A stretch of 48,036 bases of DNA from a bacterium. Its GTDB lineage: Bacteria; Patescibacteriota; Minisyncoccia; Phycocordibacterales; CAIZLB01. The translations under genes were made by a program, and so were the position numbers. The notes beneath the pieces are model-generated. The model was not told the DNA's origin and made no database searches. It saw only the letters and a program-made list of their open reading frames with translations. Shown here piece by piece: positions 17,342 through 25,664 of the stretch (within the stretch, counting starts at the first letter, position 1; every line of letters starts with the position of its first letter). The DNA is taken from positions 1-48,036 of the forward strand of contig JBAXRA010000001.1 of the NCBI GenBank assembly GCA_037131455.1, given 5' to 3'.

Positions 17342-18616
17342 TTAATTATTTTCAATTTTAACATCTATTTTATTGATGCTTGCTGGGACAGTTTTAACCC
17401 ACCAAGGCCAAATTTCTAAGTTTACCGCCTCTACCCCTATTTTATTTTTCAAAAGTTTTTGCGCATTATCATAACCAAGTCCAGCAATCTCCTTTTTTAT
17501 AACATCATCACTTAGATCGCTTGTAATTGTTGTTGTTCCAGTTAAGGTTGCCTTTATTTGGCTATTCTTAGTAATGCTGCTTAGTTTCAAGTCCTCAGGC
17601 AAAGTCAGTTTGATACTAGACGTGTCGATTAAGATGTCATTTTTGTTTTCAGATGAAAAATCTATGTCCAAGTTTCTATTTGTTTGTATTTGAATCGCCA
17701 AATCAATTTTTTTGATCAATAAGACAGAAATGTCGAGAACTGCAGTGCTTGTGCCATCAACAGATATCAGTTCTTGGGTTCCACCAGGAATTATAATGTA
17801 ATCATCAGGTTTCTGCGCCGTAATCTGTTTTTCAGCACTTTCTAGAAGTTTTGCATGAATACTGTCTAATACATCAGGACTAACCGTCACCTTTGAACGT
17901 GGAGATGTGCCCCCCGCAACCTCAGTTTTCCCTTTTGCATAAACCGTTTTGTACTTGGCTGATGATTTTAATCCAGGAAAGGTAAAATTCTTAATACCTA
18001 CGTTATATGAAGTGCCGTCTTTTTCAGCCACAATTTTCGCATCTATGGAGCCAGGTGAGGCTGTTTGACCAGGAACCGTTACTTTGTCAGTCAAGAAAAA
18101 TATTTTTCCGTCAGTTGATTCTAGGCGGGTATTCTTAACTAGAATTTGTGGATTTTTTGAGTAAGAATTGTATATCGTCACAGTTCCTGTTGATTTTGTA
18201 CCCAAGGCCTTAGTGCCTGTTGCGACGATTATCGCCTCTTCAGGGATGTCTTCATTCAGGGACATAGTCAGAACGTCGTAATCTATAGGGTTGGTGCTGG
18301 TCGAATTGTGTGAAAGATTAAGATCCATTGAAACTGAGATGGGCTTTTTACTGGCCACAATTGAGGCGGTTGCTGTGGCGAATTTTGATACAATAATAAG
18401 TGATAAGACAACAACACAAAAAACAGCGACCCCCCATATAATTTTTGACTTAACTTTTTTCTCTTCTCTGTTAATAATTTTCATCAGATCCCGGGTGTCT
18501 TTTTCTAAAGTTTTCTTTTTTACATGAGTAGGTTTGTCTTCTACGCTGATGCTTAGAGGTACATTTCGGATTGAACGCTTATTTGGTGGAATAATATCTG
18601 AGAACTTTGCTGGCAT
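17342..18616 (-). CDS. hypothetical bitopic membrane protein (short cytoplasmic N-terminus, one TM segment, large extracytoplasmic domain)
   Basis: MPAKFSDIIPPNKRSIRNVPL..., then a TM segment IIWGVAVFCVVVLSLIIV, then about 340 aa that are Ser/Thr/Gly/beta-rich. I could not assign a family confidently. Confidence 0.6.
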   Translation of the reverse strand: MPAKFSDIIPPNKRSIRNVPLSISVEDKPTHVKKKTLEKDTRDLMKIINREEKKVKSKIIWGVAVFCVVVLSLIIVSKFATATASIVASKKPISVSMDLNLSHNSTSTNPIDYDVLTMSLNEDIPEEAIIVATGTKALGTKSTGTVTIYNSYSKNPQILVKNTRLESTDGKIFFLTDKVTVPGQTASPGSIDAKIVAEKDGTSYNVGIKNFTFPGLKSSAKYKTVYAKGKTEVAGGTSPRSKVTVSPDVLDSIHAKLLESAEKQITAQKPDDYIIIPGGTQELISVDGTSTAVLDISVLLIKKIDLAIQIQTNRNLDIDFSSENKNDILIDTSSIKLTLPEDLKLSSITKNSQIKATLTGTTTITSDLSDDVIKKEIAGLGYDNAQKLLKNKIGVEAVNLEIWPWWVKTVPASINKIDVKIENN

Positions 18617-18623
18617 GTTTCAA

Positions 18624-19679
18624 TTATACCACAATCTGATTAAATAAAGTGACTGGAATTTCCTGATCTCCGTAGAAAGGTAGTAGTCTTGTAAACATTT
18701 TTGCGATTTCAGTTTGCCCCGCGTCAATTCCATAAATAAATAGTTTTGTATTGGGACCTGGAGTTCTCGGAATTTGGTTAATTCCTTGCATGACTGCATT
18801 TGACCAGTCCTTCCCGAGTCTATGAAGAAGTTCTAAGACCAGATCTCTTGATTCGGGTTTTAACTTGTCGCTCATAAAAAGATCTAGAAGCGACTCAGAT
18901 GCAGAGTGATCAGAGTTTGTGTGAGCACTAAGTGCATGTAGGGCCTCTTTGTAGCCAATAGGTAGAGAAAGGATGTTTAGGCTTGTCTCGCTATGAAGAT
19001 AAAGCACTTCTGTGACATACGAACAGAAATTTACGATTATAATGTTCCCATTTTTTAGAAATGATAGATCACTAATAGATTTTTTTGTGAATTCAGAAGT
19101 AACTTTGGCTAATGATTGAAATACAATTTTTGAAGCTTGATGGTTTACAGATTTTATGGCATCCAAAATTAGAGTGTTGAAGCGCTTGTTCATATAGCAA
19201 TAGTAAACTGAGGCTTTGCACAAAGTTGCACGCTGTTTATTGATACTTGTTACAGGATAACCGTTCAAAGAGACATGCGAAATCTCTTTTTCGATAAGCA
19301 GGAGGTCTTTTGAAGATGAAAATATGTCTGGGTTATTGGCTAAGTTTTCAGTTGCAGAGTCCAAAATTAAACTTTCTGCAAAGATTATAGGTTTTGGGCT
19401 TTCCTTTGAAACTACGGAAGTTTGGGAAATGTACCATGACGGAGAAATTACCACCTTGCATTCGGTGATATCGTAATTTAAAAATTCTGGTTTAGTGCAC
19501 CAATCGCGAATGTCTTTCGCCAATTCTTTTAGAAGAGTAATAGTTAAATTTTCTCTATCGTTCACATCACGCCCTGTTTTTTTATCAGAAGTAAAAAGAG
19601 AATTCTTTCCACCAGAGGAAATGTTTGCCGAGACGTGGCAGTCATCAATAAAAAATGTGAGGTTCGCAGGAATTCGCAT
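18624..19679 (-). CDS. hypothetical cytoplasmic protein, possibly a degenerate actin-like (PilM/FtsA-like) fold
   Basis: The pattern FFIDDCHVSANI ... VSLNGYPV ... IIIVNFCSYVTEV ... LPIGYKEAL ... LFIYGIDAGQTEI loosely follows the five-motif order of ASKHA/actin-like proteins, but the canonical phosphate-binding residues are replaced. Weak, by-eye call only. Confidence 0.5.
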   Translation of the reverse strand: MRIPANLTFFIDDCHVSANISSGGKNSLFTSDKKTGRDVNDRENLTITLLKELAKDIRDWCTKPEFLNYDITECKVVISPSWYISQTSVVSKESPKPIIFAESLILDSATENLANNPDIFSSSKDLLLIEKEISHVSLNGYPVTSINKQRATLCKASVYYCYMNKRFNTLILDAIKSVNHQASKIVFQSLAKVTSEFTKKSISDLSFLKNGNIIIVNFCSYVTEVLYLHSETSLNILSLPIGYKEALHALSAHTNSDHSASESLLDLFMSDKLKPESRDLVLELLHRLGKDWSNAVMQGINQIPRTPGPNTKLFIYGIDAGQTEIAKMFTRLLPFYGDQEIPVTLFNQIVV

Positions 19680-19705
19680 ACGCAGAATATTATACCAGAG
19701 AAATC

Positions 19706-21511
19706 CTATTCAAGCACAGCCTTTATTCGACGTACACCTGACGCTACCGCTTCTTCCTTTGAGATTTTAAACTTACCTAGTTCATTTGTATTCTTAACAT
19801 GCGGACCTCCACAAAATTCTTTTGAAAATGCCGCTTCGATTGAGTCGCCAATGTAGTAGACGGTTACCATATCTCCATACTTATCACCAAAAAAGTGCAG
19901 TGCACCAGTTTTTTCTGCATCTTCAAGTGTCATTTCGACAACGCTTACTGGCAGAGATGCTTGAATTTTCTTATTTACGATATCTTCTACTCTTTTTTTC
20001 TCATCATCTGTCATTTTTGTAGGGTGTGTAAAGTCAAAACGCAGTCGCTCTGCGGTGATGTTGCTACCCTTTTGTGAGACATGATCACCCAAAACCGTTC
20101 GTAAAGCTTGGTGTAATAAGTGCGTAGCGGTATGGTACCTTGTTTCCATTTCCCCATGCCCTCCCAATCCCCCCTTAAATTTCTGTTCTGCACCCGACCG
20201 TGAGATGTCCTGGTGATGCTTCATTTCAGCATCAAATTCAGCACGATTCAAAGTAATGTTTTTTTCTCTACACATTTCTTCTGTAATTTCTACTGGAAAG
20301 CCATAAGTTGAAAACAATATAAAAGCATCTTTGCCAGTTAATGAACCACTTTCGGCGAATTTTTCAAATTCTTTTAGGCCATGTCTTAATGTATTTCTAA
20401 ATTTCTGCTCTTCTTTGTCGATGGCGACTTTGATTGATTCTTTCTGATTGCCAACATTCGGATATACCTCTTTGTACTGGTCGACAATTGTATCTGCTAT
20501 CCAAAAGAGAGAACTTTTCTTAAGTTTTAGAAAATCCGCAGAGCGAACAGCCCTTCGTATAAGTCTTCTTAGTATATAACCCTGATCAGCATTTCCGGGT
20601 AAAACTCCGTCAGCAATAAGCATGACTGAGGCACGCATGTGGTCTGCAATAATACGCTTATGCTTTACATCACTGGAAGGATTTTCCATAAAGGATTCAA
20701 TCTTCTCAATAATCGGCATAAAAATATCTGTATCAAATACATTATTCTTACCTTGAATTACCATCACAAGTCTCTCGAATCCTCTACCGTCATCTACGTT
20801 TTTATTTTCAAGCTTACCGGTAATTTTTCCATTCTCTTTAGTAAACTCCATAAAAACATCGTTTCCAATTTCAACCACCTGCTGTTTTTCATCTGCTGAC
20901 AAATATTCTTCTTTTGTCAGGCCATTATTTAAAGTACCCGTCACGTCATAAAACATTTCACAACAAGGACCTGTCGGACCTGTCCAGTCGTCTTTTCCCT
21001 TAACAGCTGGCCACCAGTTAGCATCTGCTCCCAAAAAGAAAATTCTCTCACCTGTCACTCCATTTTTTTCAAACAGTTCCTTCCAAGTAGTTGCAGACTC
21101 TTCATCCTTGGGCACATCAGCGTTTCCTTCAAAACAAGTTATGTAAAGCCTCTGAGGGTCAAGACCAAAGCCTTTTTCCTTGTTAGTTAGAAGCTCGTAG
21201 CTCCAATTAATCGCATCCTTTTTAAAGTAATCTCCCAATGACCAGTTTCCTGTCATTTCAAAGAAAGTAAGGTGTGTGTTGTCGCCGACTTCATCAATGT
21301 CATTTGTTCTTAAGCATTTCTGAAGATTAACAATCCTCTTTCCTGAAGGATGTTTTTCACCCATCAAATATGGAACCAAGGGTTGCATACCGGCAGTGTT
21401 AAATAGAACAGTAGGATCATTTTCAGGTACTAACGATGCAGATGGGATTTCCACGTGCCCATTTTCTTTGAAGAAGTTTATAAATCGCTTGCGAATTTCG
21501 GATGATTTCAT
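19706..21511 (-). CDS. alaS: alanine--tRNA ligase, short form lacking the C-Ala domain
   Basis: MKSSEIRKRFINFFKENGHVEIPSASLVP...FNTAGMQ catalytic core, and editing-domain HTATHLLHQAL and CGGPHV. The protein ends at ...ASGVRRIKAVLE. The ATG at 21511 is preferred over the upstream ATG at 21556. Confidence 0.92.
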   Translation of the reverse strand: MKSSEIRKRFINFFKENGHVEIPSASLVPENDPTVLFNTAGMQPLVPYLMGEKHPSGKRIVNLQKCLRTNDIDEVGDNTHLTFFEMTGNWSLGDYFKKDAINWSYELLTNKEKGFGLDPQRLYITCFEGNADVPKDEESATTWKELFEKNGVTGERIFFLGADANWWPAVKGKDDWTGPTGPCCEMFYDVTGTLNNGLTKEEYLSADEKQQVVEIGNDVFMEFTKENGKITGKLENKNVDDGRGFERLVMVIQGKNNVFDTDIFMPIIEKIESFMENPSSDVKHKRIIADHMRASVMLIADGVLPGNADQGYILRRLIRRAVRSADFLKLKKSSLFWIADTIVDQYKEVYPNVGNQKESIKVAIDKEEQKFRNTLRHGLKEFEKFAESGSLTGKDAFILFSTYGFPVEITEEMCREKNITLNRAEFDAEMKHHQDISRSGAEQKFKGGLGGHGEMETRYHTATHLLHQALRTVLGDHVSQKGSNITAERLRFDFTHPTKMTDDEKKRVEDIVNKKIQASLPVSVVEMTLEDAEKTGALHFFGDKYGDMVTVYYIGDSIEAAFSKEFCGGPHVKNTNELGKFKISKEEAVASGVRRIKAVLE

Positions 21512-21824
21512 TGGTGTTGATATTAACATAAACAAAACTTGACAGAAAGACTGCAAGAGTTGACTTTTTATTGAAAAAGTATTACTATATTTTCAGGATA
21601 AGTACACAAAAGGGTTATCCATCGCAAAGTTTAGAAAGTAATTTCTTTATTTTTTAAACCCTGCGATGGATTTTTTGACGCTGATAGTCGGCACAAAAAG
21701 ACTTCGTAGTTAACCACAACCACCAACCAAACAGTACCCATGCAAAAACCCGCTCATCAAAGAAAACCGGAGGCGCCAACGCCTCCAACAGATAACAACC
21801 TCCTCTTGGACAAGTTCCGGAGGA

Positions 21825-22007
21825 ATGCATCCCTCGGCGCAGGGCAGGTTCACCCGCCAGCGGAGAACGAGGAAAAAGAGATGGCAGGAGAGCCGGTCCA
21901 CGCACACTAACATGGCCGATCAAAGCGATAAGGCGACAGTTCTACCCAAGGATGAACTCCCTCCTCCCGTCAAGGAGCTTCCTCCCGTGGAATTCGGGGA
22001 CCTCTAG
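21825..22007 (+). CDS. hypothetical small basic/Pro-rich ORF in GC-rich islet C (coding status uncertain)
   Basis: 60-aa ORF with high third-position GC in my hand count, ending in TAG just before a plus-strand terminator. Alternatives are a 56-aa ORF at 21740-21910 followed by a 31-aa ORF at 21912-22007, or a structured RNA. Confidence 0.25.
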   Translation: MHPSAQGRFTRQRRTRKKRWQESRSTHTNMADQSDKATVLPKDELPPPVKELPPVEFGDL

Positions 22008-22019
22008 CCCCCCCCCTCA

Positions 22020-22053
22020 CGCGTCAGCCCTCACCCGGCTGGCGCGTTTTTTT
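22020..22053 (+). terminator. rho-independent terminator on the plus strand
   Basis: cgcgtcagcc (22020-22029) pairs with ggctggcgcg (22037-22046, one G-U pair), followed by T7 at 22047-22053. Confidence 0.7.
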
Positions 22054-22055
22054 AT

Positions 22056-23129
22056 CTACAACTTCGTCTCAGACTTTGTATACTTCGAATACCTTCCCTC
22101 CCTCTTCGTAAACGCATCCAAAGAATTATAGCTATAATTATAACCGTACTGCTTAGTTAATTTACTACCATCAACCGCAACCGGATAAGAATAAAACTTC
22201 CATCCACCATGCGAAGTCGGAATCTTCCCTCTAAACAAATGCCACATAATAAAAAATACAATACGAATCATCCAAGGTGGAATAAAAATCGGTTTCTTAC
22301 CAACAGCCTTTGCCATATCACGTGACGTAACAATGGCCCCTGGCGGACAAATATTAAATACTTCATAATCCCCTTTCAAATCTGAAAAAGTGAACAGTTC
22401 AACAATATTGCAAACATCATCTTCGTGAATAAATTGTCGACACCATTTTTTGGTTGCAGGAACGAATGACACCATTGCAGAGACTAATCGGTGGATCCAA
22501 TTGCCCTTTAATTGACCAGAAAGTGCCGCCTGAAGCCCAAATCGAACGCGCATGTACCTTCCACGAGTTCCAGTAATCGCCGCAGGTCGAACGATAAAAA
22601 TCTGAGGGGCATGTTTGCCCTGAGACTTTGCATTTTCGTATTTCTTTTGAAGATGTTGCTCAACAACCTTCTTTTCAACCCCGTATAAATAAGTGTCTTC
22701 ACGGAAAGGCTCAGATTCCTTTATAAAATGCTCTAAACTGTTATCAGGAAAAGCGCCATAACTTGAAACTGTAGAAAAATAAATTAGTTTTTTTACAGTT
22801 GGTAATTCAAAGGCAACCTCAAAAACATTGTCAGACCCTGTTACATTCCATTTCCACTGAGTGTCTTTTTTACCGTACATTTCACGAATTTGCCATGCGG
22901 TGTGAATAATCACGTCAGGTGAAAAGGCTTTAACCTGATCTTGCCAATTATTGTCTCCTAGGTTTCCTTGAATAAACTCAATTTTTGAACGATTAGGATT
23001 GTCTTTTGTAAGCCCAATTTCAGGTTCCTTGTCAATTAATAAAATCTTTTCAACGTCTGTTCGTCCGCTGAATTGATCTGCTAGCATCGCTCCGACATAT
23101 CCTGCTCCTCCTGTAATAAATAATTTCAT
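22056..23129 (-). CDS. NAD-dependent epimerase/dehydratase (extended SDR)
   Basis: Rossmann motif [13 protein letters not shown] and catalytic YxxxK (YLYGVEKK). Confidence 0.85.
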   Translation of the reverse strand: MKLFITGGAGYVGAMLADQFSGRTDVEKILLIDKEPEIGLTKDNPNRSKIEFIQGNLGDNNWQDQVKAFSPDVIIHTAWQIREMYGKKDTQWKWNVTGSDNVFEVAFELPTVKKLIYFSTVSSYGAFPDNSLEHFIKESEPFREDTYLYGVEKKVVEQHLQKKYENAKSQGKHAPQIFIVRPAAITGTRGRYMRVRFGLQAALSGQLKGNWIHRLVSAMVSFVPATKKWCRQFIHEDDVCNIVELFTFSDLKGDYEVFNICPPGAIVTSRDMAKAVGKKPIFIPPWMIRIVFFIMWHLFRGKIPTSHGGWKFYSYPVAVDGSKLTKQYGYNYSYNSLDAFTKREGRYSKYTKSETKL

Positions 23130-23147
23130 TTGGTTGATTATAAAGAA

Positions 23148-24488
23148 TTATTGCCTTAAGCGCAAAAATAATGAACGAATGGTTTTTAAAACGATTACAA
23201 AGTCCATAAATAAAGTCTTATTTTTTACATAGTAGATGTCGTAAGCCAGACGAAGTTTTGTCTCTTCTAGTGATTGTGGGGGTAGCTCCTGGCTAACTTG
23301 TGCCCATCCAGAAAGCCCAGGCTTTAGTAGGTTTCGAATGTTGTAGTAAGGGATTTGCTCAGAAAGCTCTACCCCCTTGGCGTATATGTCTGGTCTAGGC
23401 CCAATTAGTGATAAGTCCCCCTTCAAAACATTCCAAAGTTGCGGTAGTTCATCAATGCTGGTTTTACGTAAGATTTTCCCCACTTTTGTAACACGCATAT
23501 CTTCTTTACCAACCCAAACTCCGGCGTCGCTTCCCTGCATACTTCGAAACTTCATTACTTTGAACTTTCTATTTCCTTGGCCAATTCTTTCTTGGTAGAC
23601 AAACAACGGCCCACCGTCCTGAATTTTAAGCGCAACCCACACGATTGGATAAAATATAAGTGAAATAACAAAGGCTATTCCTCCTAATACGATATCAATG
23701 ACCCTCTTACCTAATGTATAAACACCTTTCGCCCTAGATGAAATATTTTCAATAAACCAATCGTGCTTTAGTGCAGAATATGGAATTCTGTAGAAAACGT
23801 GCTCATAAACATTGTACATCGGCACAAAATCTACGTTCATAAAGATGAGATCGAACAACTTTGGGGAAACATCTTTGATGCTCGCATGATCTAGATCGAT
23901 GACAATCATGGATACTTCATTTTCTGTAACCTCGTGTTTAATAATATCTGGAATAGTGATTTTGTTTGTCGTATTCAAATCTATAATTCTAGAAAATTGA
24001 AAGTCATAATGAGGATCATTGTTTACTTCTTTAATAAGTTCCTCCATTTCTGAACCGGAACCAATAATAACCGCAGTGCGCTTCTTTCCTGGTAAAAGAA
24101 ACGGATAAAAAACTAATCTCCATAATGAAATAATTAAAATAGAAAGAAGAAGGTAAATAAACAGATTTGTTTTCGGTGTGATTCCAAAATACGGTACAAA
24201 GTAGAAGAATGCAATAGCGACAAGGGCGTTCGCGATTTGAGACTTAACAATAACAGATGCGAGTCGTGACCTCAGAATGCTGTTATGCTTTTCATAAAGC
24301 CCAGAAATATAAAAAATGACCACTGATGCTAAAAATAGAATACTGAACGGGGCCAAGTGAGCCTGAAAAACTTCCCAGGATGGAAAATTAAAGCCTCGAA
24401 GATACAACATAAACCACAAAGATATACCTAAACAGGCAATGTCCCCAATTAAAAGGAGAAATGGTTCTCGCTTATTCGCAACTTTCAT
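23148..24488 (-). CDS. polyprenyl-phosphate glycosyl-1-phosphate transferase (bacterial sugar transferase, WbaP/EpsB-like)
   Basis: Multi-TM N-terminus, and a C-terminal DELPQLWNVLKGDLSLIGPRP signature. Confidence 0.88.
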   Translation of the reverse strand: MKVANKREPFLLLIGDIACLGISLWFMLYLRGFNFPSWEVFQAHLAPFSILFLASVVIFYISGLYEKHNSILRSRLASVIVKSQIANALVAIAFFYFVPYFGITPKTNLFIYLLLSILIISLWRLVFYPFLLPGKKRTAVIIGSGSEMEELIKEVNNDPHYDFQFSRIIDLNTTNKITIPDIIKHEVTENEVSMIVIDLDHASIKDVSPKLFDLIFMNVDFVPMYNVYEHVFYRIPYSALKHDWFIENISSRAKGVYTLGKRVIDIVLGGIAFVISLIFYPIVWVALKIQDGGPLFVYQERIGQGNRKFKVMKFRSMQGSDAGVWVGKEDMRVTKVGKILRKTSIDELPQLWNVLKGDLSLIGPRPDIYAKGVELSEQIPYYNIRNLLKPGLSGWAQVSQELPPQSLEETKLRLAYDIYYVKNKTLFMDFVIVLKTIRSLFLRLRQ

Positions 24489-24529
24489 ATTAATATAATA
24501 GTACAGCCAAAAACGGCCGATGACAACTT

Positions 24530-25663
24530 ATGAAAATACTGTATGTAATTACGAAATCAAACTGGGGAGGGGCGCAGAGGTATGTCTATGATTTAGCTAC
24601 TACTCTTTCTACGCAAGGCCATAGCGTATCGGTGGTTTTGGGAGGAAATGGTCTTTTGTCACACAAGCTTAAGGAAGCAGGTATTGAGGTTTTTAATATT
24701 GGTTCTATGAAGCGTGATATTCGTCTCATTGATGAAATTAAAACTTCTTTCTCTTTGTTTAACATTATTCGCAAATTTAAGCCTGATGTTGTTCATGTGA
24801 ACAGTTCAAAGGCGGGTGGAATTGGTGCATTTATTGCCAGACTGCTTTTTGTAAAACGAATAATTTTTACAGCGCATGCTTGGGCCTTTAATGAAAATAG
24901 AAGTCACACCCAGCAGTTTTTTATTGGACTTTTACATTGGTTAACAATTATTTTTAACCATAAAACAATTGCGGTGTCACATTCAGTAAAAAATCAGGTG
25001 ATGTGGATGCCATTTGTGAAGAATAAATTAACGGTCATTCATCCAGCAAGTCCTATTATTGATTTTTATACGCAAAAAGAGGCAAGAGAAAAAATTCTTG
25101 AGGTTGTGCAGTTTGACCATACGAAAAATACAAAGTGGATTGGGACAATTGCAGAACTTCATCCAGTAAAAAATCTTTTTAATGCGATCGAGTCAATTGA
25201 TATTTTATTTAAAACAAATCCTGAAATTGATGCAAGATATGTCATTATTGGAGAGGGAGAGCTTAAGGAAAAACTTCAAAAATTCATTACAGAGAAGGGT
25301 TTGGAATCGAAAGTATTTTTAACTGGCTTTATGGATAATGCTTCTAAATATTTAAAAGCTTTTGATGTATTTATGCTCCCCTCTTTTTCTGAGGCTTTTG
25401 GGTATGTAATTGTTGAAGCAGGGATGGCTGAGGTTCCTGTTATTGCGTCAAATGTTGGAGGAATTCCTGAAACTGTGATTCCTGAATGTGGAATTTTGAT
25501 TGCACCGAGGGATAAGAAGGCTTTTGCCTTGGCCTTGAAGATGACGTTGAATCAGGAATATGATGTGAGGCTACAAGCTGATAATTTTAAGAAGAGGATT
25601 GAGGAGAATTTTTCTTTGGAGGGGATGGTGGAGAGGACGGTGGGGGTTTATGAAAATAAGTAA
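24530..25663 (+). CDS. glycosyltransferase family 4 (GT-B)
   Basis: MKILYVITKSNWGGAQRYVYDLA, and the EX7E region SEAFGYVIVEAGMAEVPVIASNVGGIPE. Confidence 0.88.
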   Translation: MKILYVITKSNWGGAQRYVYDLATTLSTQGHSVSVVLGGNGLLSHKLKEAGIEVFNIGSMKRDIRLIDEIKTSFSLFNIIRKFKPDVVHVNSSKAGGIGAFIARLLFVKRIIFTAHAWAFNENRSHTQQFFIGLLHWLTIIFNHKTIAVSHSVKNQVMWMPFVKNKLTVIHPASPIIDFYTQKEAREKILEVVQFDHTKNTKWIGTIAELHPVKNLFNAIESIDILFKTNPEIDARYVIIGEGELKEKLQKFITEKGLESKVFLTGFMDNASKYLKAFDVFMLPSFSEAFGYVIVEAGMAEVPVIASNVGGIPETVIPECGILIAPRDKKAFALALKMTLNQEYDVRLQADNFKKRIEENFSLEGMVERTVGVYENK

Positions 25664-25664
25664 T

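Noticed and set aside
21512-21660. T-box or other leader upstream of alaS
   Set aside because: There is no T-box consensus (AGAGA, or the GGUGGUACCGCG-like T-box sequence) and no specifier-loop architecture visible. The region is simply AT-rich with a promoter-like sequence.
21654-21923. Minus-strand 89-aa and 67-aa ORFs in islet C
   Set aside because: The only intrinsic terminator with a T-run, and the C-run/TCAC motif shared with islet D, are both oriented for plus-strand expression. The translations are Arg/Pro/Leu-rich shadow-like sequences.
21600-22055. Possibility that islet C is RNase P RNA, tmRNA or SRP RNA
   Set aside because: I looked for GGAAAGUCCGGGC and ACAGAAnCCGGCUUA (RNase P), a tRNA-like GGUUCGAnUCC...CCA end (tmRNA), and the GGAAGCAGCC-type SRP domain IV. 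None is present. A novel structured RNA remains possible.
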